Source: Escherichia coli O127:H6 str. E2348/69 (GTDB lineage: Bacteria; Pseudomonadota; Gammaproteobacteria; Enterobacterales; Enterobacteriaceae). From it: DNA of 64,000 nucleotides. A program made the position numbers and the translations under genes. Below, in pieces: positions 11,923 to 23,027 of the stretch (its first letter is position 1; the number at the start of each line of letters is the position of its first letter). The DNA lies in NCBI RefSeq assembly GCF_000026545.1, contig NC_011601.1, one strand, 5' to 3'. A model generated the notes under the pieces. That model worked only from the letters and a program-made list of their open reading frames with translations. It ran no database searches and was not told the origin of the DNA.

Positions 11923-13338
11923 ATGACAGATCTTCCCGACAGCACCCGCTGGCAATTGTGGATTGTGGCTTTCGGCTTCTTTATGCAGTCGCTGGACACC
12001 ACCATCGTTAACACCGCGCTTCCCTCAATGGCGCAAAGCCTCGGGGAAAGTCCGTTGCATATGCACATGGTCATTGTCTCTTATGTACTGACCGTGGCGG
12101 TGATGCTGCCCGCCAGCGGCTGGCTGGCGGACAAAGTCGGCGTGCGCAATATTTTCTTTACCGCCATCGTGCTGTTTACTCTCGGTTCACTGTTTTGCGC
12201 GCTTTCCGGCACGCTGAACGAACTGTTGCTGGCACGCGCGTTACAGGGCGTTGGCGGCGCGATGATGGTGCCGGTCGGCAGGTTGACGGTGATGAAAATC
12301 GTACCGCGCGAGCAATATATGGCGGCGATGACCTTTGTCACGCTGCCCGGTCAGGTCGGGCCGCTGCTTGGCCCGGCGCTCGGCGGTCTGCTGGTGGAGT
12401 ACGCATCGTGGCACTGGATCTTTTTGATCAACATTCCGGTGGGGATTATTGGGGCGATCGCCACACTGATGTTAATGCCGAACTACACCATGCAGACGCG
12501 GCGCTTTGATCTTTCCGGCTTTTTATTGCTGGCGGTTGGCATGGCGGTATTAACCCTGGCGCTGGACGGCAGTAAAGGTACAGGTTTATCGCCGCTGGCG
12601 ATTACTGGCCTGGTCGCAGTTGGTGTGGTGGCACTGGTGCTTTATCTGCTGCACGCCAGAAATAACCACCGCGCTCTTTTCAGTCTGAAACTGTTCCGCA
12701 CCCGTACCTTTTCGCTGGGTCTGGCGGGGAGTTTTGCCGGACGTATTGGCAGCGGTATGTTGCCCTTTATGACGCCGGTTTTCTTGCAAATTGGCCTTGG
12801 TTTCTCACCGTTCCATGCCGGACTGATGATGATCCCGATGGTGCTTGGCAGCATGGGAATGAAGCGAATTGTGGTACAGGTGGTGAATCGCTTTGGTTAT
12901 CGTCGGGTGCTGGTGGCAACCACGCTGGGTCTGTCGCTGGTCACCCTGTTGTTTATGACCACCGCGCTGCTGGGCTGGTACTACGTTTTGCCGTTCGTCC
13001 TGTTTTTACAAGGAATGGTCAACTCGACGCGTTTCTCCTCCATGAACACCCTGACGCTGAAAGATCTCCCGGACAATCTGGCGAGCAGCGGCAACAGTCT
13101 GCTGTCGATGATTATGCAATTGTCGATGAGTATCGGCGTCACCATCGCCGGGCTGTTGCTGGGACTTTTTGGTTCACAGCATGTCAGCGTTGACAGCGGC
13201 ACCACACAAACCGTCTTTATGTACACCTGGCTTAGCATGGCGTTTATCATCGCCCTTCCGGCGTTCATCTTTGCCAGAGTGCCGAACGATACGCATCAAA
13301 ATGTAGCTATTTCGCGGCGAAAAAGGAGCGCGCAATGA
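11923..13338 (+). CDS. mdtD: MFS transporter MdtD
   Basis: 471-aa MFS ORF contiguous with mdtC. Confidence 0.93.
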   Translation: MTDLPDSTRWQLWIVAFGFFMQSLDTTIVNTALPSMAQSLGESPLHMHMVIVSYVLTVAVMLPASGWLADKVGVRNIFFTAIVLFTLGSLFCALSGTLNELLLARALQGVGGAMMVPVGRLTVMKIVPREQYMAAMTFVTLPGQVGPLLGPALGGLLVEYASWHWIFLINIPVGIIGAIATLMLMPNYTMQTRRFDLSGFLLLAVGMAVLTLALDGSKGTGLSPLAITGLVAVGVVALVLYLLHARNNHRALFSLKLFRTRTFSLGLAGSFAGRIGSGMLPFMTPVFLQIGLGFSPFHAGLMMIPMVLGSMGMKRIVVQVVNRFGYRRVLVATTLGLSLVTLLFMTTALLGWYYVLPFVLFLQGMVNSTRFSSMNTLTLKDLPDNLASSGNSLLSMIMQLSMSIGVTIAGLLLGLFGSQHVSVDSGTTQTVFMYTWLSMAFIIALPAFIFARVPNDTHQNVAISRRKRSAQ

Positions 13339-14738
13339 AGTTCTGGCGACCCGGTATTACCGGCAAACTGTTTCTGGCGATTTTCGCCACCTGCATTGTC
13401 TTGCTGATCAGTATGCACTGGGCGGTGCGTATCAGTTTTGAGCGTGGCTTTATTGATTACATCAAGCATGGTAATGAACAGCGATTACAACTGTTAAGTG
13501 ATGCGCTTGGCGAGCAGTATGCGCAGCATGGCAACTGGCGCTTCCTGCGCAACAATGATCGCTTTGTCTTTCAGATCCTGCGTTCATTTGAACACGATAA
13601 TTCGGAAGATAAACCCGGCCCGGGTATGCCACCGCACGGCTGGCGTACCCAGTTCTGGGTGGTTGATCAAAACAACAAAGTGCTGGTTGGTCCGCGAGCG
13701 CCGATTCCACCTGACGGTACACGGCGACCCATTCTGGTCAACGGTGCGGAAGTTGGCGCGGTGATCGCCTCCCCCGTTGAGCGGTTAACGCGCAATACTG
13801 ATATCAACTTCGATAAACAACAGCGGCAAACCAGCTGGTTGATTGTCGCTCTGGCAACGTTACTCGCGGCACTCGCTACTTTTCTGCTGGCGCGCGGTTT
13901 GCTGGCACCGGTAAAACGACTTGTCGATGGCACGCACAAACTGGCGGCGGGCGATTTCACTACCCGCGTAACGCCCACCAGTGAAGATGAACTGGGCAAA
14001 CTGGCGCAAGACTTCAACCAGCTCGCCAGCACGCTGGAGAAAAACCAGCAAATGCGGCGCGATTTTATGGCCGATATTTCTCACGAACTGCGTACGCCAT
14101 TAGCGGTGCTGCGCGGTGAACTGGAAGCCATTCAGGATGGCGTGCGCAAATTCACGCCGGAGACGGTGGCGTCTTTACAGGCGGAGGTCGGTACACTGAC
14201 CAAACTGGTTGACGATCTTCATCAGTTGTCGATGTCTGATGAAGGCGCTCTCGCCTATCAAAAAGCACCGATAGATTTGATCCCACTGCTGGAAGTGGCG
14301 GGAGGCGCATTTCGCGAACGATTCGCCAGCCGTGGCCTGAAATTGCAATTTTCCCTGCCAGACAGTATTACCGTATTTGGCGATCGCGATCGTTTAATGC
14401 AGTTGTTCAATAACTTACTGGAAAACAGCCTGCGCTACACTGACAGCGGCGGCAGCCTGAAAATCTCTGCCGAGCAGCACGACAAAACGGTGCGCCTGAC
14501 CTTTGCCGACAGTGCGCCGGGTGTCAGTGACGATCAGCTACAAAAATTGTTTGAACGTTTTTATCGCACCGAAGGTTCCCGCAACCGCGCCAGCGGTGGT
14601 TCCGGGCTGGGGCTGGCGATTTGCCTGAACATTGTTGAAGCACATAACGGCCGCATTATTGCCGCCCATTCGCCTTTTGGCGGGCTTAGCATTACAGTAG
14701 AGTTACCGCTGGAACGGGATTTACAGAGAGAAGTATGA
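13335..14738 (+). CDS. baeS: Envelope-stress sensor histidine kinase BaeS
   Basis: 467-aa ORF with H-box [11 protein letters not shown] and HATPase region; 4-nt overlap with mdtD. Confidence 0.95.
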
Positions 14739-15457
14739 CCGAGTTACCAATCGACGAAAACACACCGCGTATTTTGATCGTGGAAGATGAACCGAAGCTG
14801 GGGCAGTTGCTCATTGATTATCTGCGTGCTGCGAGCTATGCGCCAACGTTGATTAGCCACGGCGATCAGGTACTGCCATATGTGCGCCAGACACCACCGG
14901 ATCTGATCCTGTTGGATCTGATGCTCCCTGGCACCGATGGCCTGACGCTGTGCCGGGAAATTCGTCGTTTTTCTGACATTCCGATCGTGATGGTGACGGC
15001 AAAAATCGAAGAGATCGACCGCCTGCTGGGGTTGGAGATTGGCGCAGATGACTATATCTGCAAGCCGTACAGCCCACGGGAAGTGGTAGCGCGCGTCAAA
15101 ACCATTTTGCGCCGTTGCAAACCACAGCGTGAGTTGCAGCAACAGGATGCTGAAAGCCCGTTGATTATCGACGAAGGTCGTTTTCAGGCTTCCTGGCGCG
15201 GTAAAATGCTTGACCTGACGCCTGCAGAATTTCGTCTGCTGAAAACGCTCTCTCATGAACCAGGAAAAGTGTTCTCCCGCGAGCAGTTGCTGAACCATCT
15301 TTATGACGACTACCGCGTGGTAACCGACCGTACCATCGACAGCCACATTAAAAACCTGCGCCGCAAGCTGGAATCTCTCGACGCCGAACAGTCATTTATC
15401 CGCGCCGTTTACGGCGTCGGTTACCGCTGGGAAGCCGACGCCTGCCGCATCGTTTAA
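14735..15457 (+). CDS. baeR: OmpR-family response regulator BaeR
   Basis: 240-aa ORF with receiver domain and winged-helix C-terminus; overlaps baeS stop. Confidence 0.95.
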
Positions 15458-15636
15458 CATTTTTACCTGCCGGAGATGGCCTTCAGACCAGATCCGGCAA
15501 CATTATCCCACGCATGGTCAGCAAACTGACATTATCTCTCCGCCCTGGCAGGCACCAGAAAATCGCTCATACTTTGATTGGCAAACAGTACCTTTAGATG
15601 CTGTTTTCGATACGCAATTTCAATCAAGGAGTCATT

Positions 15637-15969
15637 ATGGCTGGTTGGTTTGAACTCAGTAAGAGCAGTGATAATCAGTTCCGGTTTGTGCTAAAAGCGG
15701 GCAATGGTGAGACTATCCTCACCAGCGAGCTGTATACCTCAAAAGCCTCTGCGGAAAAGGGCATCGCGTCGGTGCGTAGCAACAGCCCGCAAGAAGAACG
15801 CTATGAGAAAAAAACGGCAAGCAATGGCAAATTCTATTTCAATCTGAAAGCCGCCAATCATCAAATTATCGGCTCCAGCCAGATGTATGCCACCGCGCAA
15901 TCTCGTGAAACCGGAATTGCCTCCGTTAAAGCAAATGGCACAAGCCAGACGGTGAAAGACAATACGTAA
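15637..15969 (+). CDS. yegP: UPF0339 family protein YegP
   Basis: 110-aa reading from MAGWFELSKSSDNQFRF with AGGAG ribosome-binding site 7 nt upstream; two tandem DUF1508-like halves. Confidence 0.85.
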   Translation: MAGWFELSKSSDNQFRFVLKAGNGETILTSELYTSKASAEKGIASVRSNSPQEERYEKKTASNGKFYFNLKAANHQIIGSSQMYATAQSRETGIASVKANGTSQTVKDNT

Positions 15970-16115
15970 TGACGATGCCGGGCGTAGGTTGTTGGCGTCC
16001 GGCGCTTTACCAGTTACCCCCACAGCGCTACAATGCCCGCCCTTAAAGTGGGGGCACTCCCCTAACCGCTTCATCAGGTGAAGCGGCTCTGACCTGTCAT
16101 CAGAACGAGAGAATT

Positions 16116-17477
16116 ATGTTTAAACCGGAACTCCTTTCCCCGGCGGGAACGCTGAAAAATATGCGTTACGCTTTCGCTTATGGCGCAGATGCTGTTTATG
16201 CGGGCCAGCCGCGTTACTCCCTGCGTGTGCGCAACAACGAATTCAACCACGAAAATCTTCAGCTCGGCATCAATGAAGCCCACGCGCTGGGGAAAAAGTT
16301 TTATGTCGTGGTCAACATTGCACCGCACAACGCCAAGCTGAAAACCTTTATCCGTGACCTGAAACCGGTGGTGGAAATGGGGCCGGATGCGCTGATTATG
16401 TCCGATCCAGGGCTGATTATGCTGGTGCGTGAGCACTTCCCGGAAATGCCAATCCACCTCTCGGTACAGGCTAACGCCGTAAACTGGGCGACGGTGAAAT
16501 TCTGGCAGCAAATGGGTCTGACCCGCGTGATCCTCTCTCGCGAACTGTCACTGGAAGAGATTGAAGAGATCCGCAATCAGGTGCCGGATATGGAGATCGA
16601 AATCTTCGTTCACGGCGCGCTGTGCATGGCCTACTCCGGTCGCTGCCTGCTCTCTGGCTATATCAACAAGCGCGACCCGAACCAGGGCACCTGCACCAAC
16701 GCCTGCCGCTGGGAGTATAACGTCCAGGAAGGGAAAGAAGATGACGTCGGCAACATCGTACACAAGTACGAGCCGATTCCGGTGCAAAATGTTGAGCCGA
16801 CGCTGGGTATCGGCGCGCCAACCGACAAAGTGTTTATGATCGAAGAAGCCCAGCGTCCGGGCGAATATATGACCGCGTTTGAAGATGAGCACGGCACTTA
16901 CATCATGAACTCAAAAGATCTGCGCGCCATCGCCCATGTTGAACGCCTGACCAAAATGGGCGTGCATTCGCTGAAAATCGAAGGCCGTACCAAATCTTTC
17001 TACTATTGCGCACGCACCGCGCAGGTTTACCGTAAAGCTATCGATGACGCCGCTGCGGGCAAACCGTTCGATACCAGCCTGCTGGAAACGCTGGAAGGTC
17101 TGGCGCATCGTGGCTATACCGAAGGTTTCCTGCGTCGTCATACCCACGACGATTATCAGAACTACGAATACGGTTATTCGGTTTCTGACCGTCAGCAGTT
17201 TGTTGGTGAGTTTACCGGTGAGCGCAAGGGGGAGCTCGCGGCGGTAGCGGTGAAAAATAAATTCTCCGTTGGCGACAGCCTTGAGCTGATGACGCCGCAA
17301 GGCAACATTAACTTTACCCTTGAGCACATGGAAAACGCCAAAGGTGAAGCAATGCCGGTCGCACCAGGCGATGGTTATACTGTGTGGCTCCCGGTGCCGC
17401 AGGATCTTGAGCTAAATTACGCGCTGCTGATGCGTAATTTCTCCGGGGAAACCACGCGTAACCCCCACGGTAAGTGA
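16116..17477 (+). CDS. yegQ: U32-family peptidase-like protein YegQ
   Basis: 453-aa ORF, U32 peptidase family features (Cys-rich GALCMAYSGRCLLS region). Confidence 0.9.
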   Translation: MFKPELLSPAGTLKNMRYAFAYGADAVYAGQPRYSLRVRNNEFNHENLQLGINEAHALGKKFYVVVNIAPHNAKLKTFIRDLKPVVEMGPDALIMSDPGLIMLVREHFPEMPIHLSVQANAVNWATVKFWQQMGLTRVILSRELSLEEIEEIRNQVPDMEIEIFVHGALCMAYSGRCLLSGYINKRDPNQGTCTNACRWEYNVQEGKEDDVGNIVHKYEPIPVQNVEPTLGIGAPTDKVFMIEEAQRPGEYMTAFEDEHGTYIMNSKDLRAIAHVERLTKMGVHSLKIEGRTKSFYYCARTAQVYRKAIDDAAAGKPFDTSLLETLEGLAHRGYTEGFLRRHTHDDYQNYEYGYSVSDRQQFVGEFTGERKGELAAVAVKNKFSVGDSLELMTPQGNINFTLEHMENAKGEAMPVAPGDGYTVWLPVPQDLELNYALLMRNFSGETTRNPHGK

Positions 17478-17505
17478 TTAATTTCGATTATTTTTCCCGG
17501 ATGGA

Positions 17506-17555
17506 AAATTCTTAGAAACCGATCACATACAGCTGCATTTATTAAGGTTATCATC
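17506..17555 (+). promoter_or_regulatory. cyaR promoter region with CRP-like half-site
   Basis: TCACA half-site at 17523-17527 and TATCAT -10-like hexamer ending about 7 nt before the cyaR 5' end; upstream half-site is degenerate. Confidence 0.35.
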
Positions 17556-17561
17556 CGTTTC

Positions 17562-17648
17562 GCTGAAAAACATAACCCATAAAATGCTAGCTGTACCAGG
17601 AACCACCTCCTTAGCCTGTGTAATCTCCCTTACACGGGCTTATTTTTT
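17562..17648 (+). ncRNA. cyaR: CyaR (RyeE) Hfq-dependent small RNA
   Basis: GCTGAAAAACATAACCCATAAAATGCTAGCTGTACCAGGAACCACCTCCTTAGCCTGTGTAATCTCCCTTACACGGGCTTATTTTTT matches the CyaR sequence from memory, ending in its own terminator hairpin and U-tract. Confidence 0.9.
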
Positions 17649-17806
17649 ATGCATAAGCCCTATCCCTGGTCACCGTCTTCCATTGACCACATCGATAGAA
17701 TCCTCCTTCATAGCACGATGCCTTTTACTTATCGACATCGTACTCGCACAGGTTCCGGTTACGCACAGCCAGAACGCGCATGTTTGACGCTTACCAAAAA
17801 ATATTC

Positions 17807-18124
17807 TCACTCTCCACATTTGAATGTCAGACGAGCGACGCCATGTAATCCTGCACCTTCTGTCTTCAGGTCAACTATCTGCATTTTTTTGCCCTGAGTA
17901 ACACAGAAATGAGTTGCATCATTTTTTACTATATTTTCTGCACCAGATATTCTACCCCTGGCTAAAGAAGCTTCGGCTTCGGTGTAGTATTGGTTATCGA
18001 GTTTACGCTGAATATTACTTTTATATGCAAGGCCAAAATTACCGATACTTGTCTCATCATTATGCACAGCACAACCAGACATAAGAAAAACACTAATTAA
18101 TGATATAGCAGCTATCTTTTTCAC
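17807..18124 (-). CDS. yegR: Lipoprotein YegR
   Basis: 105-aa reading from MKKIAAISLISVFLMSGC (lipobox) within the 110-aa track ORF. Confidence 0.8.
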   Translation of the reverse strand: MKKIAAISLISVFLMSGCAVHNDETSIGNFGLAYKSNIQRKLDNQYYTEAEASLARGRISGAENIVKNDATHFCVTQGKKMQIVDLKTEGAGLHGVARLTFKCGE

Positions 18125-18538
18125 CTTACCTTCCCCCATTAATTACCAACGACATTCTCTAGTGTTTAAATATAATAATGGCATGATTATTATAATTGAA
18201 TAGGATTATAATAAATGTTCTGTACAACATTTCCTACATAAGTAGGAATTACAGACATGGAGGCCCTTCCGGGTAACCCCATGGGGGACTTTAATATATT
18301 TTGAATAGTATATTGAAGATGCCACTGTTTAGTTGAATATTAGGTATATTCTCTTTTTTAAAATTTATCAGTGGCTACCGTTAATATTCGCTGTCCCCAT
18401 TGTAAGCTCCTGGTGGTAAGCACTGAATCCCCATACCTGAACTGACTTTTTATCCTCCGACTTTCATCCTGTTCTGACTCCACCTTTTCTTTTCTGCTCT
18501 ACACTATCTACAGACCAATCATAAAGGCACATACGATC

Positions 18539-19438
18539 ATGGCAGAATTTCCCGCCAGCTTACTGATTCTTAATGGCAAAAGTACTGACAATCTACCCTT
18601 GCGCGAAGCAATTATGCTGTTGCGTGAGGAAGGAATGACGATCCATGTGCGGGTTACCTGGGAGAAAGGTGATGCCGTACGATTTGTAGAGGAGGCCCGG
18701 AAGTTAGGTGTCGCAACAGTGATTGCCGGTGGTGGCGATGGCACCATTAATGAAGTTTCTACGGCATTGATTCAATGTGAGGGGGATGACATACCCGCGC
18801 TGGGAATTTTACCATTAGGAACTGCCAATGATTTTGCCACCAGTGTAGGGATTCCTGAGGCACTGGATAAGGCGCTGAAACTGGCAATTGCCGGTAACGC
18901 CATTGCGATAGATATGGCGCAGGTCAACAAACAAACCTGTTTTATTAATATGGCGACAGGCGGATTTGGGACGCGTATTACCACAGAAACGCCGGAAAAA
19001 TTAAAAGCCGCGCTGGGTGGCGTCTCTTACATCATTCATGGCTTAATGCGCATGGACACTCTGCAACCGGACCGTTGTGAAATCCGCGGTGAAAACTTTC
19101 ACTGGCAAGGTGACGCCCTGGTCATTGGTATTGGTAACGGGCGTCAGGCCGGTGGCGGTCAACAATTGTGCCCGAACGCATTAATTAACGATGGCTTGCT
19201 GCAACTGCGCATTTTTACCGGCGATGAAATTATTCCGACTCTCGTATCAACCTTAAAATCTGACGAAGATAACCCGAATATTATCGAAGGTGCTTCGTCG
19301 TGGTTTGATATACAAGCCCCACACGAAATCACTTTTAATCTTGATGGCGAACCGTTGAGTGGGCAAAACTTCCATATTGAAATACTTCCGGCGGCGTTGC
19401 GTTGTCGATTACCACCAGATTGTCCATTGTTAAGGTAA
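18539..19438 (+). CDS. yegS: Lipid kinase YegS (DAG-kinase-like)
   Basis: 299-aa ORF with diacylglycerol-kinase catalytic-domain motif GGDGT. Confidence 0.92.
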   Translation: MAEFPASLLILNGKSTDNLPLREAIMLLREEGMTIHVRVTWEKGDAVRFVEEARKLGVATVIAGGGDGTINEVSTALIQCEGDDIPALGILPLGTANDFATSVGIPEALDKALKLAIAGNAIAIDMAQVNKQTCFINMATGGFGTRITTETPEKLKAALGGVSYIIHGLMRMDTLQPDRCEIRGENFHWQGDALVIGIGNGRQAGGGQQLCPNALINDGLLQLRIFTGDEIIPTLVSTLKSDEDNPNIIEGASSWFDIQAPHEITFNLDGEPLSGQNFHIEILPAALRCRLPPDCPLLR

Positions 19439-19518
19439 GTACAAAACAAACGCAGAAGCAGGATCCGCAGGCCGGCATCATCCCTGGATTCTTCTGCACT
19501 TACAATTTTTTCATGCAG

Positions 19519-20160
19519 TCACCCCGTTGCCATTAACTCTTCAAGTGATGCATACCCGACTACCGCAGAGTTAAAGCACGGCTGTTGAAAATCCTCGGCG
19601 ACAACAATCGTTTTAATTCCCGCTGCCTGTGCAGCTTTAAAACCACTCAGACTGTCTTCTATAACCAGACAATCTGCGGCGGGCAGGCGTAATTTTCGTA
19701 GTGCGGAGAGGTAAACTGCCGGATGTGGTTTGCCGTGGCTTTCGTCGTCAGCACTGCAAATCACCGAAAAACAGTGTTCAATTTTGAGTTTTGTCAGCAC
19801 CGCATCAATCACCTGATAAGATGAAGAGGTCGCCAGTGCCAGTTGGTATCCTGACTGGCATAAAAAAGTGAGCACATTCTTTACCCCCGGCATGGCCTCG
19901 CCTTTTTCAGCAATTAACGTGGTTATCAGGCGACGGATCTCCGCTTCCAGTTCCGTGGGCGTAATAGACAGATGACAGTATTCGCACCAGGTTCGGGCTA
20001 TCTCATCAAGCCTTTTCCCTTTCGTCAGTTGGATACACTCTTCATCGCTAACGCTGGCACCCCATCGTGCCAGCGCTCCTTGTTGCGCCTGACGCCATAA
20101 TCCTTCCGAATCAATAATGACGCCGTCCATATCAAAAATAACTGCTTTGCAATTAAACAT
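19519..20160 (-). CDS. HAD-superfamily sugar phosphatase
   Basis: 213-aa ORF with HAD motif I FDMDGVIIDSE; last gene of the minus-strand dal cluster. Confidence 0.75.
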   Translation of the reverse strand: MFNCKAVIFDMDGVIIDSEGLWRQAQQGALARWGASVSDEECIQLTKGKRLDEIARTWCEYCHLSITPTELEAEIRRLITTLIAEKGEAMPGVKNVLTFLCQSGYQLALATSSSYQVIDAVLTKLKIEHCFSVICSADDESHGKPHPAVYLSALRKLRLPAADCLVIEDSLSGFKAAQAAGIKTIVVAEDFQQPCFNSAVVGYASLEELMATG

Positions 20161-20204
20161 CGTTCCTCACATTAAAGCCTGGCATTACACCAGGCTTGCC
20201 TCCA

Positions 20205-21482
20205 TCAGGAAACCGTCGCGGCTTCACCTGCTCTTAATTTCTGGGTTGAGAATCCTGGTTGTTCAACCCGAATAAACGGGCAAATAATAAACGCGATAAT
20301 GTACAGGGTTGTATAAGCTATAACCACACCAATTGCACTGAAATAAGGTAACAGCACCACGGCTATCGCAGGGGCAAGAAAGTTAGACAGACCGGCAGAG
20401 AGGTTATAAACCGAAATCGCCGCGCCTTTGTGTTTTGGCTCCAGCGCCGGGAAAACCGCCGCCATCGGCACGAACGCTGCAACAAAGATCCCCAGCGCAA
20501 CGGCGGGCACCATTGCCATCCAATAGTTATGCCCGAAGTATTGCGGCATGTAGTAGAAAGCCAGACTGGAAAGTGCCATTCCCACACAGCCGAACCAGCG
20601 AACAACTTTCATCCAGCCAATCTTCTCTGCCAGTACGCCCCAGAAAATGTTGGTAAAAATCGTCGTGAAGAAGAAGACCGCCCACACCTGTAGCCACTCG
20701 GACGTAGTAAAGCCCAGTTCATCGACAAACATCATCGGCATAATCACCGCAAAGCCAAACAGTGACAATGTATTGATAATTCGCACAATACTGGAGAGCA
20801 AAATGTTGCGGTTGGTGTAGAGTAAGGTGACAGCACGGCCGAGCTCGCTGAACTTCTCTTTGGTCGTCAGATTTTGCATATGATGCGGAGTCTGAACTTT
20901 ACGCATCGAAACCAACGCAAGAATGCCGCCAGTTACGCAAAATCCCAGCGCCAGCCACAGGGTGCCCATTTCGCCGATAACCGGAATGGTAAAGCTGGGA
21001 ATGTAACTACCGAAAACGCCAATACCAATGGAGTAAACCGCCCAGAACCAGCCCAGCGCGGCACTGGTACTGTCGCTGCGCACGTTATGCACAACGGCAA
21101 CGATAAAGGCGTAAAGGAAGAGAGGATATGCCAGACCACGAATGCCGTAGAACAGCAGAATTAATGCATAGTTCGCCTGCCCCAGACCGAAGACCAGAAA
21201 CAGCACATGGAAAATACACCACAGTACAAAACCGATGAACATGGTCTTTTGCGGCGTAATAATTTCCGCCACCACGCCGGATACCCATGCAGAGAGTGCC
21301 GCCGCCAGACCATACAGCGTGAAAGCAAATGAAGCTTCCGCAGGCGTAAAGCCCAGCGCCTTAATATAGTGCGATAGGAATGCCAGTTCAAAACCATCGC
21401 CGGTCATAAAGATAGCAATCGCTATATATCCCCAGACCAGATTTAAAGGTAATCCCAGCCATTGTTTATTGGTTAACGACAT
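20205..21482 (-). CDS. dalT: MFS polyol transporter (DalT-like)
   Basis: 425-aa reading from MSLTNKQWLGL with GAGG ribosome-binding site; 12-TM MFS; track ORF extends 8 codons upstream. Confidence 0.7.
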   Translation of the reverse strand: MSLTNKQWLGLPLNLVWGYIAIAIFMTGDGFELAFLSHYIKALGFTPAEASFAFTLYGLAAALSAWVSGVVAEIITPQKTMFIGFVLWCIFHVLFLVFGLGQANYALILLFYGIRGLAYPLFLYAFIVAVVHNVRSDSTSAALGWFWAVYSIGIGVFGSYIPSFTIPVIGEMGTLWLALGFCVTGGILALVSMRKVQTPHHMQNLTTKEKFSELGRAVTLLYTNRNILLSSIVRIINTLSLFGFAVIMPMMFVDELGFTTSEWLQVWAVFFFTTIFTNIFWGVLAEKIGWMKVVRWFGCVGMALSSLAFYYMPQYFGHNYWMAMVPAVALGIFVAAFVPMAAVFPALEPKHKGAAISVYNLSAGLSNFLAPAIAVVLLPYFSAIGVVIAYTTLYIIAFIICPFIRVEQPGFSTQKLRAGEAATVS

Positions 21483-21550
21483 AGTGACCTCGTTTGTAGG
21501 GTACAAAACGCCGCTCCGGTGTCACCACCGGAGAGCATTAATGACAGTTG

Positions 21551-23014
21551 TTATTGGTTGCGATAGTTAAGATCGTTGTTGTATAGCGCGTTAAACTGTT
21601 GATAACGTTGCATCAAAGCCTGATGGCGTTCAGCATCGCTGTGCCAGGTTTGGTAGATTTCCGGTTTTTCGCAGACCGCCGTCAGCGGTTTACCTGCGGC
21701 TAGACAAGCCAGACGCGCCGCGCCAAGCGCACCACCGGTTTCCCCACCTTTATGCGTTACAACCGGCATGTTGAGAATATCCGCCAGCAGTTGCGCCCAG
21801 AACGGACTTCTCGCCCCTCCCCCCACCAGCGAACATTGTTCAATAGCCGTTCCACTCTCTTGCAGAACACGCAGTCCGTCAGCAATACCAAAACTCACAC
21901 CTTCCAGTACGGCATAGCCCATCAGTGCTCGCTGGCTGGAATGGGTCAGTCCCCAGAACATCCCTCTGGCATCCGAGTCGTTATGGGGAGTCCGTTCTCC
22001 GGAAAGATATGGCAGAAACATCGGGGCACTGGCTTTTTCTGCTGGCGAAAGCTGGGCTATCTCTTCGAGTAATTCTGTTTCGGTAACGCCCACCAGACGG
22101 CAAAACCATTGCAAGCAACTTGCGGCGCTAAGCATGACGCTCATCTGATGCCATAAATTCGGCAGCACATGGCAAAATGCGTGGACGGCTGATTGCGGGG
22201 CCGGACGATAAGCATCAGTCACCACAAACAGAACGCCCGATGTCCCCAGAGAAATAAACGCATCGCCGGGAGATACTGCGCCCACACCGATGGCGCTAAC
22301 CGCGTTATCCCCTCCGCCACCAGCCACCATCACCGAAGGCGTCAGCCCCCAGCGTTCGGCTACACACGGTTCGAGCGTGGCAGAGACATCACAACCTTCC
22401 ACCAGTTCCGGCATATTTGCCCGCGTCAGGCCACACTTTTGCAATAGCGAGTCTGACCAGTCACGTTTTTCCACGTCGAGCCACAACGTGCCCGCCGAAT
22501 CCGACATATCGGAGACTTTTTTGCCAGTCATTTTGAAGCGCAAATAGTCTTTCGGCAGTAACACCGTCGCAATACGTGCAAAATGCTGCGGTTCATGGTT
22601 CCGTACCCACAACAGTTTCGGCGCGGTAAATCCGGGCATCGCCAGGTTGCCAGCCACTTGATGCAGCTCTGGTGCAATCTCTTCCAGTTCCGTACACTCA
22701 AGAGCACTGCGGGTATCGTTCCATAAAATCGCCGGACGAATCACCTTCCCGGCCTCATCCAGCAGCACTGCGCCGTGCATCTGACCAGAAAGGCCAATCG
22801 CTTTAATCGCTTGCCAGTGCTGACCGCATTTTTCCCGTAGCGTTGACATCAGGTATTCCGTCGCCTCCCACCAGGCCTGCGGCGATTGTTCTGACCAGTG
22901 TGGATGGGGCCGCTGAATAGTCAGCGGCGCGCTATGTGTGGCGACTATTTCATTGTTTTCATCAATGACCAGCGCCTTAACTTCCGATGTTCCCAGATCG
23001 ATACCCAGATACAT
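21551..23014 (-). CDS. dalK: D-xylulokinase (FGGY family, DalK-like)
   Basis: 487-aa ORF, MYLGIDLGTSEVKA N-terminus and FGGY C-terminal motifs. Confidence 0.8.
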   Translation of the reverse strand: MYLGIDLGTSEVKALVIDENNEIVATHSAPLTIQRPHPHWSEQSPQAWWEATEYLMSTLREKCGQHWQAIKAIGLSGQMHGAVLLDEAGKVIRPAILWNDTRSALECTELEEIAPELHQVAGNLAMPGFTAPKLLWVRNHEPQHFARIATVLLPKDYLRFKMTGKKVSDMSDSAGTLWLDVEKRDWSDSLLQKCGLTRANMPELVEGCDVSATLEPCVAERWGLTPSVMVAGGGGDNAVSAIGVGAVSPGDAFISLGTSGVLFVVTDAYRPAPQSAVHAFCHVLPNLWHQMSVMLSAASCLQWFCRLVGVTETELLEEIAQLSPAEKASAPMFLPYLSGERTPHNDSDARGMFWGLTHSSQRALMGYAVLEGVSFGIADGLRVLQESGTAIEQCSLVGGGARSPFWAQLLADILNMPVVTHKGGETGGALGAARLACLAAGKPLTAVCEKPEIYQTWHSDAERHQALMQRYQQFNALYNNDLNYRNQ

Positions 23015-23027
23015 AACCGCCTCCTGG

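Noticed and set aside
4696-13000. Numerous 60-200-aa ORFs antisense or out of frame within mdtA, mdtB, mdtC and mdtD
   Set aside because: GC-rich coding DNA generates open frames on other strands; none has an independent start context or recognisable domains.
17649-17897. 82-aa plus-strand ORF between cyaR and yegR
   Set aside because: Starts inside the cyaR terminator, overlaps the yegR 3' end, low-complexity composition.
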